Source: Octopus sinensis | Lineage: Eukaryota | DNA: 64,000 bases | Assembly (NCBI RefSeq): GCF_006345805.1 | Contig: NC_042999.1 | Coordinates: 69,564,001 to 69,628,000, forward strand | Direction: 5' to 3' | Translations under genes and position numbers: made by a program | Shown here: positions 1 through 12,631 of the stretch, piece by piece | Position numbering within the stretch: position 1 is the stretch's first letter | Layout: each line of letters begins with the position of its first letter | The notes under the pieces: generated by a model | Seen by the model: the letters and a program-made list of their open reading frames with translations, nothing else | Told to the model about the DNA's origin: nothing | The model's database searches: none

Positions 1-263
1 CCTGCCCAGAAAATCTTGTACCTGTGTTCCTTGCCTGTGAGGAGCCTAGCAGAACCTCCTCTCCACCTTACTTCCTGGATACAGCATACATCCACACGTC
101 TCCGTTCAAGCAGCTCTACAATCTCTCCAGACCTACCTTTCAATGTGCCAACATTGAGCGTGCCAACTCTGAGGGTTTGGGAGGTGTGGGCATCAGAGAC
201 CCTGGGACGAGGGACAGCCGTGTCATGTACCTGAAAAGAAAGCTTGCATTTGGCAGATTTCAT
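1..263 (-). mobile_element. RTE-clade LINE, N-terminus of the ORF (APE endonuclease), continuing off the left edge
   Basis: The minus frame from ATG at 263 is open to the edge: MKSAKCKLSFQVHDTAVPRPRVSDAHTSQTLRVGTLNVGTLKGRSGEIVELLERRRVDVCCIQEVRWRGGSARLLTGKEHRYKIFWAG. LNVGTL and CIQEVRW are the APE motifs I/II typical of RTE LINEs. Confidence 0.9.
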
Positions 264-1554
264 ATGGAAACTCTCGACTACAACCTGCATACTTTTCACA
301 ATTTTTTGTGCTATATGTTCAGATAAACCCTTCATAGGTGCTAGTGGGGGGGGGCAGTTTCCGGTATTTGGGTAGAAACTTCCGGTATTGGTGGTGGGGG
401 TGGGGGTGGGAGGGTGGGCGACAAAATCGAAGCAACTAGTTTGAATACTATATTTGAGGGGGAGAAATAATTAATTAGATAAAAACTGAATGAAAGCCAG
501 AGAGAGAATGAGTGAAAATAGATAAATAATAAAAAATACGGTAGAGAAAGAAAATAGATAAATAATGAAAAAAATACGGTAGGAAACGAGGGGGCATATT
601 TTCGGAGGAGAATGGGATAAACATCGAAGATGGCTCTGAAGGAAAATAAACTTTAAAAATGCAATGCATGTAGTCGCCATGTTTAGAGAAGAGAAACGAA
701 GGGAGAACAGATCAAGCTATCCAAACAAAACGCTTAAAAATATGAAAAGAGCAGGATGAGATTTGACTTAACTGGCCATATTTGGAAGTCTGTGTTTTCT
801 CTGAAGGTGTAGCGAGTGAATGGGGATGGGATACGATCGCTGGCTGGCTTTTATAGGGGAATTAGGGAGTGGGACGGAAACACGAGAGAGAAAATACCAT
901 TATATAAATTGTGTTCGTCATTGGGTACATGTCATGTATTGTCATTTAATAAGTCACTTCAAATATTCATCATCATCATCATCATTTAACATTTTTGATC
1001 CATGCTGGCATGATTGGACAGTTTGACATGGAGCTGATGGGTCCAAGGACTGTATTGTATTCTACTCTGTCTGCTTTGGTATTGTTTCTATGACTGGGTG
1101 CCAACCACTTTACAGGATGTCCTGAGTGTTTTTTTTTTTCTTTTTTGTGCCAGCCAGTGAGTGAGATTACATGCAGCTTACATGACTAGAAACACAGGGG
1201 AAGGATGGAGGAACAGGCTTTATACTAAGAGAAGGAGGATGAGCTAAAATAGGAGAGAAGGGTGCAGAACAGGTTTCTTGCTGTAGAGATGCGGCATGCT
1301 TAGTACACGTTACTCCATAAGGAGCATAGGGCCAGTTTCTTGCTTCCTCTAGAGCAGTGCTACTTGAAGTGAAATAATGGTGATGAGGTGTCTGGATGGA
1401 ACCTCATACAAGGGGAGAAGAAATGAGTGGGGACAGAGGAACTGGAGAATGTAGTTGGTGGAGGTTGCAGGAATATGTCAGGAGTGAAATTTTAAAAATT
1501 ATTTTAGTTATTACTTATGACATTTTTAATTCAAGGTGACATTGTCACTTTCCT

Positions 1555-1772
1555 CTACTCTTTTACTTGTTTCAGTCATTTAACTGTGGCCATGCTGGAG
1601 CACTGCCGTTAGTCGAACAAATCAACCCCAAGAGTTATTCTTTGTAAACCTAATACTTATCCTATCATTCTCAATTGCCGAACTGCTAAGTTATGGGGAT
1701 GTAAGCATGCCAACATTTGTGTCAAGCGATAGTGAGGGCACAAACACAGACATACAAATACACACACACATG

Positions 1773-1836
<64 letters not shown>

Positions 1837-1967
1837 CAAAGAAAGAAGGAAGGAATTAATTCTGTATACAGAACAACCATGTAGTGCTTAGAATATGACC
1901 TATATGAATAATATAGGCATCGACAGAAGACACAAAATTCAGGTTATTGATAAAGGAAAATTGTTTA

Positions 1968-2016
<49 letters not shown>

Positions 2017-2178
2017 AGCTTCTTTCAGTTTCTGTCTACCAAATCCACTGACAAGGCTTTGGTCAGCCCAAGGCTATAGTAGAAGAGACTTTTAACCAAG
2101 GTGCCCCATAGTGGGATAGAACCTGGAACCATGTGGTTGATAAGCAAGCTTCTTACCACACAGTCACTCCTGCGCCTC
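1555..2178 (-). mobile_element. SINE family C (tRNA head, CORE-like middle, internal microsatellite)
   Basis: Head gcaggagtgactgtgtggtaagaagc..ccacatggttcc, ggcaccttgg..aagt.tctt, internal (TA)/(TG)n, end ccagcatggcc.cagtt.aatgactgaaacaagtaaaagag. Other copies: ~11790-12205, 13215-13985, 30390-30545, 50215-50370, 62070-62460, 63850-64000. Confidence 0.8.
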
Positions 2179-2483
2179 TGTAACTATTTCCCCCAGTTAA
2201 TGAGTTAGGACCAACTCAGGGCTATACAGCAACAACAAAAGGAAGTGTACATAAGAAAAGGTAGTCCTAGATACACAATGTCTGAATAAAACACCTTTGA
2301 TCACAGATGTGTTGGATCAGGGCTCAGCAACACTTAAACAATGATGGCAACAGCTGACACACTAACACAGTGGCTCCCTATTCTTATTTTATCAATATCA
2401 AAAGTTCAATGAGGTAGAGTTTCAGAAAGAATATCCCACACTCTGTAATATTGTTTATTTATTTATGATTTTGATGATTATAA

Positions 2484-2519
<36 letters not shown>

Positions 2520-2885
2520 TATTATTATTATTACTCGGTGATGAGCTGGCATGTTAGACAAAATGCTTAGTAGCATATCTTCCAGCATTTTACATTCATC
2601 ATCATCATCATTCAGCGTCTGTTGCCCATGCTGGTATCGGTTGGACGGTTTGACTGGGCTGCTATGCTAGGAGGCTGCATCAGACTCCAGTCTGTTTCGG
2701 TATGGTTTCTATGGCTGGATGCTCTTCTTAACACCAACCACTCCGATAGTGTAATGGGTGCTTTTATGTGCCACCGGCATGGGTCCCATTTGCATGACAT
2801 CGGTATTAGCCATGGCTGTGATTTTGCTCACCATGATGAGTCTTCTTCCCAAGCACAGTATAATGCCAAAGGTCATAGTCATTGC

Positions 2886-3087
2886 CTCCATGAGGCCCAA
2901 CACTTGAAAGGAACTCAGCCACTTTGCCTCCGTGAGGCCCAACACTCGAAAGGAACTCAGTCACTTTACCTCTATGAGGCCCAACGCTCAAAAAGGAATT
3001 CAGCCACTTTGCCTCTATGAGGCCCAACACTCGAAAGGAACTCAGTCACCTCATCTCCATGAGGCCCAACACTCGAAAGGAACTCAA
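2886..3087 (+). repeat. 42-bp minisatellite, about 4.8 copies
   Basis: Unit ctccatgaggcccaacactcgaaaggaactcagccactttgc; a diverged reverse version is at ~11150-11260. Confidence 0.9.
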
Positions 3088-3289
3088 GTTCAAATTCTAT
3101 TCAGGTCAATTTTACCTTTTGAGGTAAATAAAGTAAGTACCAGTTGTACATTGGGTTCAATGGGATCAATTTGTTTCCTCTGAACTCAGAACATAAAAAC
3201 AGAGGAAATGCATCTAAGCATTATATCCATCATGCTAACAATTCTGCCAGCTTGCAACCTTAAGAATAATTATAATAATGTTTTCCATA

Positions 3290-3716
3290 GTTGTGGCTGA
3301 TGCCACTGCTGCCTGACTGGGACATAAAAAGCACCATTCGAGTATGGCTGATGCAAGTGCTGGTGGCATGTAAAAAGCACCATTTGAGTGTGGTTGATGC
3401 CAATGCCACCTAACTGGCTCTCATGCCAGTGGTACATAAAAAGCCCCATTCGAGCATGGTCAATGCCATGCTGGTGGAACCATTTGAGCATGACCAATGC
3501 CAGTGCCACCTGACTGGCCTCCATGTCGGTGGCATGCAAAAAGCAACCACTACACTCTCAGAGTGGTTGGCATTAAGAAGGGCATCTAGCTGTAGAAACA
3601 TTGCCAAATCAGATTGGAGTCTGGTGCAGCCTCCCAACTTACCAGTTCTCAGTCAAATTGTCCAACCCATGCCAGCATGGAAAGCAGACGCTAAACAACA
3701 ATGATGATGATGATGT
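3290..3716 (+). mobile_element. Family B (RTE 3' UTR) copy with ~60-70-bp tandem units and a (GAT)n tail
   Basis: Same 3' end as 9615-10320. Other copies near 2595-3090, 4148-4660, 11570-11762, 15400-15890, 30975-31177, 32720-33065, 35085-36545, 43275-43665, 45205-45624, 61255-61860, 62565-62965, 63640-63835. Confidence 0.8.
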
Positions 3717-5367
3717 CCATCTCTATGTTCTGAGTTCAAATTCAACTAAGGTCAACTTGACCTTTCATCCTTTCAAAGTCTCTAAAGTAAGTACCAATGG
3801 AACAACGGGGTCAATCTAATTGACTATTTCCCTCCATTAAAATTGTTGGCCTTGTGCCAAAATCTGAAACCAATATTAAGGGGCTGAGCTGGCAGAATCA
3901 TTACCACACCAGACAAAATGCTTAACAGCATTTCTTTTGGCTCTTAATGTTCTGAGTTCAAATTGCACCAAGGTCGACTTTACTTTTCATCCTTTCAGGA
4001 TTGATAAAATAAGTACCAGTTGAGCACTGGAGTTGAGGTAATTGACTGCCCATAAAAATTTAGGCCTTGTGCCTATAGTATAAAGGATTATTGATGATGA
4101 TGTTGTTGTTGTTGCTATCGATAATAATTCTTTCAAATTTTGGCACATTATCATCATCATTTAATGTCTGCTTTCCATGCTGGCATAGGTTGGACAGTTT
4201 GGCTGAGGACTGGCAAGCCAGGAGTCTGCATCAGGCTCCAATCTGATCTAGCAATGTTTCTACAACTGGATGCCCTTCCTAACACCAACCACACTGAGAG
4301 TGTAGTGGGTGCTTTTTATGTGCCACCAGTACGGGGGCCAGTCAGGCAGCACTGGCATCGACCATACTTGAATGGTCCTTTTTTATGTGCCACCGGCACA
4401 GAGGCCAGTCAGGTGGCACTGGCATTGACCACACTCGAATGGTGCTTTTCATATGGCACTGGCACAGGTCCAATCAGGCAACATTGGCATTGACCACGAC
4501 TACAGTTTTACTGGCCTCAACAGGTCTTCTCAAGCACAGCATACTACCTGACGATTGAAGGATACTTTTATGCAACACTGGCATTGGCCATGGCTCTGAC
4601 CTCAGTTGACTTGCTGGGACTTCTCAATCACAGCATATCTCCAAAGGTCTCAGTCAGTCACAGATTATTATTATTGTTGTTGTTGTTGATAATAATTCTA
4701 ATTTTGGCACATGACTAACAATTCTGAGGGGAGGGGTCAAGTAGATTACATCAACCCGAATACTCAACTGGTACTTGTTATTGTTATTATTATTATCATT
4801 TTGTTGATGTTGTTGTAATGGATTGCGGAATTATTAGAATGCTGGAAAACAAAAACAGTTTGCAATATTTGTTCCAGCTTTTTTATGTTCTGAGTTCAAA
4901 TGCCACTGAGATCAACTTTTCACGGCCAACAAAATAAAGTACCAGTCAAGTACTGGGGTTGATGGTATCAACTAATATACCTCTCCTTAAAAATTGTAGG
5001 CCTTGTGCATCATCATCATCATCATCATCATTATTTCAAAAACCACTTTTTCCATGTTTGCATGGTTCAGACAGAGTTTGTGGAGATGGATTTTTGTGGA
5101 TGACTGGAAACAAAGGACACCACTTGCATGATGGTGACATTAGTTTACAACTGCCATTCAATCTCAAGGCAAAGAGAAACACACACAAGAAGCTTCTTTC
5201 AGTTTCTGTCAGCCAAATCCATTCATAAGACTTTTGTTAGCCTGGAACATTAGTAGAAGACACTTGCCCAAGTGTCACACAGTGGGACTGAACTCAAAAC
5301 CATATGCTTGAGAAGAAAACTTTTTACCATGAAGCCATGCCCACACCTAAATCAGAAACCATTATTA

Positions 5368-5697
5368 GCTCTGCCTTAGCAAAGACAGAAGGTATTGTTT
5401 TCAGTCATGTTTGTTTGTTTGACCATGGACAAGATATCTCAAGAACCACTGGATGGATTCGGATGAAACTTTCAGGGATGTTTGGCCTCATGTCTGGCAC
5501 AAACTGATTAGATGTTGGGATCGATCCAGTACCAGACAAGGATTCTGGATTATTTGCTATATTTCCTTTGTTATATTTACGTTTGTGAGAGCAATCGAGT
5601 TTATTTCAGATATTCTCATTTTAAAAACCATTTCTAGCTAATTGTTGAGAGAACGTTGGTGTCGCTTTGGCAGAGGTTTGCATTCTCTAAGTGCTCA
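5368..5697 (+). mobile_element. Helentron/HINE-like non-autonomous element
   Basis: Subterminal inverted motifs (ctctgcc / ggcagagg), (TTTG)n near the 5' end and the terminus tgcattctctaagtgctc resemble DINE-1/HINE architecture. Assignment is by resemblance. Confidence 0.55.
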
Positions 5698-6201
5698 TTA
5701 TTATCATTATTATTATTATTATTAAAGCAGCAAACATTCTGAGTTCAAATTCTGCCAACGTCGACTTTACCTTTCATCCTTTCGGGGTCAATATATTAAG
5801 TGCGAGTCAAGCACTGGGATCGATGTGATCAAGAGTACCCCTCCCAACAAAAATCCAGGCCTTGTGCCTATAGTAGAAAAGATTACTAAAGCGGCAAAAT
5901 GCTAGGCATCATTTTGTCTGGCTATATGTTCTGAGTTCAAATTCCACTGAGGTTGACTTTGCTTTTCATTCTTTCAGGGTCAATGATATGAGTCCCAGTT
6001 AAGTATTGGACTCATGATACAATGATTAGCATGCAGGGCAAAATGCTTAATGGCATTCCATCTGTCCTTACACTCTGTGTTCATATTCCACTGAGGTTGA
6101 CCTTACCTCCTTTCAGGATTGATAAAATAAGTACCGGTTGAGCACTGGGGTCAACTTACCCACTCCCTCGAAATTGCTGGCCTTGTGCCAAAATCTGAAA
6201 C

Positions 6202-6249
<48 letters not shown>

Positions 6250-6295
6250 TATTATTATTATTATTATATTATTATTATTATTATTATTATTATTA
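6202..6295 (+). repeat. (TTA)n microsatellite
   Basis: Direct reading. Confidence 0.95.
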
Positions 6296-6520
6296 AAGGT
6301 GGCGAGCTGGCAGAATCATTAGCATGCTGGACAAAATACTTAACAGTAATTCGTCTGCTGCTATGTTCTGAGTTCAAATTCTGCCGAGGTCGACTTTGCC
6401 TTTCATCCTTTCAGGGTTGATAACTTAAGTACCAGTAAAACACTGGGGTCAATGTAATCAACTAGTCCCCTCCCCAACAATTTCAGACCTTGTGTCTATA
6501 GTAGGAAGGATTATTATTAT
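6296..6520 (+). mobile_element. SINE family A, full copy (the most abundant repeat here, >30 copies or fragments)
   Basis: ggcgagctggcagaatc...ttctgagttcaaattc..cgaggtcgactttgcctttcatcctttc...ggccttgtg..aggattatt, in (ATT)n. Other copies near 3880-4090, 5724-6200, 11290-11500, 15990-16205, 17590-17965, 22000-23180, 24630-25045, 26100-26850, 34880-35085, 42160-42320, 46380-46935, 48870-49830, 54100-54900. Confidence 0.85.
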
Positions 6521-9339
6521 TCAGATTTTGATTTCAAACATCAGAGATTATAATTCTTCAAAAAGCAATTTCCAAAATTTCTGGGCCTTCTTCCATCCCT
6601 TGCCACTCCATTCTTTTGGTGTATGCAACCCAACATAAGTTTCTTCATTTAAAACTTTTCTCTGAATTATATGTTCTATACACAGGAGATTATCATTCTG
6701 GAAAAAAAAGTTCTCAAATTCAATTTTTTAATCACACCCCTTCTCCAACCAGCTATAAATTTTTCATTTTTTTGACATTTTTCAACAAAATAAATTCTCT
6801 AAATTATATGCTTTGGACATAGAAGATTATGATTTTATAAAGCAGTTATGGAGGTCATTGCTTATTTTCCAAACCCTACTGGTTCAAGATTAGCTTCACC
6901 TGGTTTCTAGGCCTGCTGGAAAAAGCAGTCAAATTTCCATCAAAAATATTCTACCAATTAGAAGAGAAGAACAACTTGGACAGTGTAGTCCTATGTAGAC
7001 CTTAACAATAAAACAGAATGGTCACTGTTGGAGTGTCTTTCTAAAGCTGCTCAATCATGGCTGACTTGGAACTGAAGACCAGCTAATACTTTATTTTTAT
7101 CAGCTCATTTCTATAGTTTTATATTAGGTTTGTTTAGCTGTGAAAAAGCACATAATTTACAAAATAGTCAGAAAATGTGGAATGAAATTAAGTAGCAAAA
7201 TAAAAGCAATGGTTTATCATTTGTGAAAATAAAAAAATATATTTAAGATTTATCGGTAAAATCCCCCCCCCCCAAAAAAAAGTAACTAAGGCAAGTACAG
7301 AAGCTTGTCATGACATGATACTTCCTAGAAGATATGGTAGCATATCTACAGTTTGGGGCTGCACAAATTTGCTTCCTTACAATCTTCTAAAACTTTTATA
7401 AATGTATATCAGCTAAGCAAATGGTATTCCCTAAATGCATTAAAAGCATTATAATATAATCTGTTCCCTACTTCGGGAAATTATTGCCATTCTCTTTAAG
7501 CATATAAAAGACAAATTTTGGTTGGAGCAAAATGAGTAAGGCAAGATAATGTAAATTTCCTGCTTCAGTACTCCAGAAAACAGACTCATACACATCAGAA
7601 TCCATCACTAGACATCAGAAAGATTAGAAATGCAAAAAAAAAAAAATATATATATATATATCTAGGTCAAATGAAAGAGGCTCAGGGGAAAATGGCACAT
7701 ATGAAATTAATGAAACTCGACTAAATAAAACAAAACTCTGCATAAAATATTCTACACAGCTTCTTCAAGATCTGTTGGAGTGTCCTCTTCGCGATATATT
7801 TACATACCACGCAGTTAAAAAGAAAAAAATATTGATATTAGTCATTACTCATTTTGCCCCAATTTAGGCATCATTTTTTGAAACTTAAAAATGATCGAAT
7901 TAGACACTAGTGTAGGAAAAAATTTACTTAGAATCCAACAGAGAAAAGAAAATTGATTGTTAAAGACCAAAAATTATCCAGATATTTTATTAGCAACCTC
8001 AATTATGATCGGGTCGAAGTTGAGGAAAATTTTCTTGAAAAAACAGGACCTTCCACTTGACTATATTTTGGACTCACTCAACTTCAGCAACAACAATTAT
8101 GCTGACCAATTTTTACTCCTAAATATAATGTAGTCATACAAAAATGATGATACAATATAATGATTTCAAACAGGTAGGTGAAAATAACAAGAAATCAGAA
8201 GTTACTCATTTTGCCCCGGTTAGAAATTTTCCCCCCACCCCCATCCCATTTTTTTCCGACACTCCAACGGTTCTGCGATCTATCATGGTAACAATAACAA
8301 TAATTCTTTCTAATTCCCTTCACTTGGAGTTTTATATATATATGTATCTTAGTTTTATACATTTAAAACATCAGCATTATTTAATCTCCCCTCGATAAAA
8401 CAGTATTTTTACAACATGTCATTTAAAAATATGCATCTTAAATAGACTTATGAGGAGGAGAAAGATCCAAACATCACTAATAAAACTTTTCAATTTGATC
8501 ATCATTGTAATCTCCATCCTTGAAAATATGTATCCGAAAACTTTTATTTAAAAAAAAGGTATTTTTCAGAAATTTATGTGGAAATAAATTTGGGGAGCAC
8601 CAAACTGTAGTTAAACCGGACATATGACACTGTAAAGGCGACAAAATGACCAAGAAGAAAGTCGTCTGTTGATGGCAGAAGACATGTCCAGACTTGTCTT
8701 AGAGTAGAATTCCAGGAAAATCACGGCTAACAAATAACTATCGATTCATTGGGAAACATATATATTTCGTATTTCTTTTATCATCAGTCAATATAAACGG
8801 ACGAGTGTTTCAATTTTGTTTCTATCTAAACAAGAATAAATGACATTTCACTGATGCAGACGTAAACAAAGTTTGTCAAAGCGATTCAGCGAAGAATTGG
8901 ATCGTTCGTGAAAATAACAAAAATTCATGTATAAAATGAATACAAAAATGATTGAAAAGGAAATTTATTTCATTAATAAAAATCGAGTGATCATAAAAAT
9001 TATTATATTTAATATCTTCATATATAAATACAGAGACTTACCTAAGTTATTATGTAGTAAATTAACTCTGGTTCGAATAATATCTTCTGTCAATACAAGC
9101 GCCATAATTTTGTATTGGATAATCAAGTGTAGGGAAAACAATATAAAAGGTAGAATAGTAATAAAAACGAAACGGAATAAGTTTATAACACGGGTTGATA
9201 GAAATACAGGCGGAAAGTTTATAGAATTTCTATAAACATTAGATAATCACAAACGTAATAAATACATGGAAACACGTGGACAAAGTTTGTAGAGTATACA
9301 CAAATAATATATAAATATACAATTGATAGAAGTACACAG

Positions 9340-9575
9340 GGAAATGGTAGAATATACACAAATGCCGGGCGAAATGCGTAGCCGTATTTCGTCTGTCGCT
9401 ACGTTCTGAGTTCAAATTCCGCCGAGGTCGACTTTGCCTTTCATCCTTTCGGGGTCGATTAAATAAGTACCAGTTACGCACTGGGGTCGATATAATCGAC
9501 TTAATCCGTTTGTCTGTGCTTGCTTGTCCCCTCTGTGTTTAGCCCCTTGTGGATAGTAAACAAATAGATATATAT
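9340..9575 (+). mobile_element. SINE family A variant with an alternative 3' tail
   Basis: Family A body with CpGs intact, but ending ttgtctgtgcttgcttgtcccctctgtgtttagccccttgtggatagtaaacaaata. The same tail is in reverse at ~10505-10580. Confidence 0.75.
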
Positions 9576-9614
9576 TCATCCACAAAAAGTAGAAAAATAC
9601 AAAGTTGGTAGAAT

Positions 9615-10320
9615 CGTCGTCGTTTAACGTCCGCTTTCCATGCTGGCATGGGTTGGACGATTTGACAGAAGACTGTCAAGCCAGAGGGCTACACCAGGCT
9701 CCAATCTGATCTGGCAGAGTTTCTACAGCTGGATGCCCTTCCTAACGCCAACCACTCCGAGAGTGTAGTGGGTACTTTTTACATGTCACCAGCACGGGTG
9801 CCTGTCAGGTGGCACTGGCAACGACCATGCTCGAATGGTACTTTTTACGGGCCATCAGCGCGAGAGACAGTTGGGCGGCACTGGCAACGACCCATGCTCG
9901 AATGGTGCTTTTTACATTCCACCGGCAAGGGAGCCAGTCAAGCAACACTGGCAACAACCATGCTTGAATGGTGCTTTTTATGTGCCACTGGCACAGGTGC
10001 CAGTCAGGTGGTACTGGCATTGGCAACGACAATGACTTCACTTGACAGAACAGGTCTTCGCAAGCAGAGTTTTTTGTCCAGTATTGATGGGTACTCTTAA
10101 ATGGGCCTGTTATGGTCTCACTGAGTTTACCTGTTCAACAGATCCCCTCTACTGCTAGTGTGTGACACTTTTTTACACAGCTCTCCTCATTCATATGCAA
10201 CACATGACCATACCAGCGCAGTCGTCTCTCTTGCACACAGCATTTTGTGCTTCTTGTGTCCAACTTTTCTCTCAGGGTGCTTACACTCTGTTGTGTATGA
10301 CCACTGACATTACACATCTA
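9615..10320 (-). mobile_element. 5'-truncated RTE LINE: ORF C-terminus plus 3' UTR with tandem units and a (GAC/GAT)n tail
   Basis: ORF remnant LREKLDTRSTKCCVQERRLRWYGHVLHMNEESCVKKCHTLAVEG leads into the abundant 3' sequence ggcacgtaaaaagcacc...ggcgttaggaagggcatccagctgtagaaac...ccaacccatgccagcatggaaagcggacgttaaacgacgacg. This identifies repeat family B as an RTE 3' end. Confidence 0.8.
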
Positions 10321-10659
10321 GTGGAGCATACTGGCTTCATTCCTTGCAAGCTTACGCATGTCCTCAGCAGTCACGGCCCATGTTTCACTGCCATGTAGCA
10401 TGGCTGTTCCCACACATGCATCATACAGTCTACCTTTTACTCTGAGCGTGAGGCCCTTTGTCACCAGCAGAGGTAGGAGCTCTCTAAACTTTGCCCAGGC
10501 TATTCTTATTTCTTTACTGCCCCCAAGGAGCTACACACAGAGGGGACAAACAAGGACAGACAAACAGATTAAGTTGATTATTTATTCAGCTAAATATTCT
10601 TCAAGGTGGTGCCATAGCCTAGCTGCAGTCTAATGACTGAAGCAAGCAAAAGATACATT

Positions 10660-11110
10660 CGTTAATACATCATCGTCATCACCATCACTTTTACATTCTT
10701 TTTCTCCCTGCTTGCATTGCTTTGATGAGTCTTCTGTAACACACCATCCCACACCTTGTTGCATTTCTTCGTTGTCTCTTGTGTGAAGTTCATCTTCCCA
10801 AGATCAGTCTTCATCACTTCACCATCCCATGTCTTCCTTGTTCTTCCACATAGATCTTACTCATCCTCTTGTCATCTTCTATACACATCAAATGTCCTTG
10901 CCAACACAACCATCACTATCAGTTGTTAGTTGCCAAGATATTGCATCCTTTAAAACCTCCATGCTTCCTGAAATTCACCAACACTACACCTGATATCCCC
11001 ATCCCCGCCATATGCATGCACACATGTATATCATGACACATACAGTTCACCTTCCTGACTTTTGTACATAATTCTATGCATTGTACATGTACTTTTGACA
11101 ATTGTAGTGC
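10660..11110 (-). mobile_element. Decayed RTE-like LINE 3' fragment
   Basis: Degenerate coding remnant (ggaagaacaaggaagacatggga...gtgatgaagactgatctt, i.e. GR.RKTW..VMKTDL-like) ending in a (GAT)n tail at ~10665-10690. Confidence 0.55.
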
Positions 11111-12585
11111 ACCTGAGCTCTATATGCAATAATTTCATTACTATCATCATTATTGGGCCTCACAGAGGCAAAGTGGCTTGAGTTCCTCTCAAGTGTTGGG
11201 TCTCATGGAAGCAAAGTGGCTTGAGTTTCTCTCGAGCATTGGACCTCATGGAGGCAATGACCAAGGACTTTGGCATTATGTCGTGTTTAGGGCAGCGACC
11301 TGGCAGAAACGTTGGCATGCCGGATGAAATGCTTGGTGGTGATTCGTCTGTCTTTGTGTTCTGAGTTCAGATCCCACTGAGGTTGGCATTGCCTTTCATT
11401 CTTTCGGGTTCGATAAATTAGGCACCAGTTGTGTACTGAGATCAATCTAATTGACTAGCCCCTTCCCCAAAGATTTCAGGCCTTGTGCCAAGAGTAGAAA
11501 AGATTATGTCCAACTTGAGAAGACCCATCAAGCCAAGCAAAATCGCATTCATGGCAGATAGTGGTGTCATGCAAATTGGCACCCATGCTGGTGGCACGTG
11601 GGGTGCACCCATTACACTGTCAGAGGGGTTAGTGTTAGGAAGTGCATCCAACCGTAGAAAATGATGCCAAATCAAACTGGAGTCTGCTGTAGCATACAAG
11701 CCCAGTCAAACTGTCAAACCCATACCAGCATGGCCAACAGATGTTAAATGATGACGATGATGTATTAACAAATGTATGTTGTGCATGCTTCAGTCATTAG
11801 ACTGCAGCCATGCTATGGCACCACCTTGAAGAATATTTAGCTGAATGAATTGACTCCAGGACATATTTTTTTAAGGCCTGATACTTATTCTATCAGTCTC
11901 TTCTACCAAACTGCTAAATTTCAGGGATGTAAACACACCAACATTGGTTGTCAAGCAGGATGAGGGACAAACACAGACACAAAGATATACACACACACGC
12001 ATATATATATATATATATATATATAAATATATATATATATGACAGACTTCTTTTAGTTTCAGTCAGCCAAATCCACTCTCAAGGCTTTGGTCAACTCAAG
12101 GCTATAGCAGAAGACTCTTGCCCAAGGTGCCACACAGTGGGACTGATACTGGAACCATGTGGTTGGTTGAGAAGCAAACTTCTTACCACACACCCACACC
12201 TGTGCCTGTGTACAAGAATTTCGTTTAAAAACTTCAAAGTTATGGACTGAACTGTCCATCCATTTTCTCTAGCCACAATTTCTGAGAGGAGTCCTCAGGC
12301 CCCCTCCTCCATAGGGTTCTACCAGAAGCAACCATCATTCATTTTCTAATTGGGTTCCCAAGCATGACCAACTGAAATTATAGTTTTCCAATCACCTCAT
12401 TCTTCATTTGTCCCAAAATCTCCTGCTGCTTGCCTCGACTTCAAGAACCTATCATACGAGCCTTTCCTGCAACAGTCTAACCACATGTCTGTGGTACAAG
12501 ATAATACTGTTCTATATTTAAGAGATGAGGAATTATGTACATTATTTACATTCAACGGATATTTGTCCTCATCTTGTTTGTTGTT

Positions 12586-12631
12586 AACATAACGTTTCAG
12601 CTGATATATTCTCCAGCCTTCATCAGATGGT
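12586..12631 (-). ncRNA. Minimal type I hammerhead ribozyme motif (family F tail), catalytic core intact
   Basis: Minus strand: cat CTGATGA a ggctg gagaatatat cagct GAAA cg tt atg. Stem II has a closing G-U pair, stem I is short, cleavage triplet GUU. Confidence 0.55.

Noticed and set aside
3-326. Plus-strand 100+ aa ORF that looks like a terminal exon
   Set aside because: It is the antisense shadow of the RTE endonuclease ORF on the minus strand, which carries recognisable APE motifs. The plus-strand peptide matched nothing I recognise.
2886-3087. Regular repeats that might suggest a CRISPR array
   Set aside because: Units are head-to-tail with no unique spacers, there are no cas genes, and the context is eukaryotic.
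2622-3183. ORFs with repeated EAQHSKGTQ peptide
   Set aside because: Translation of the 42-bp minisatellite within a LINE 3' UTR.
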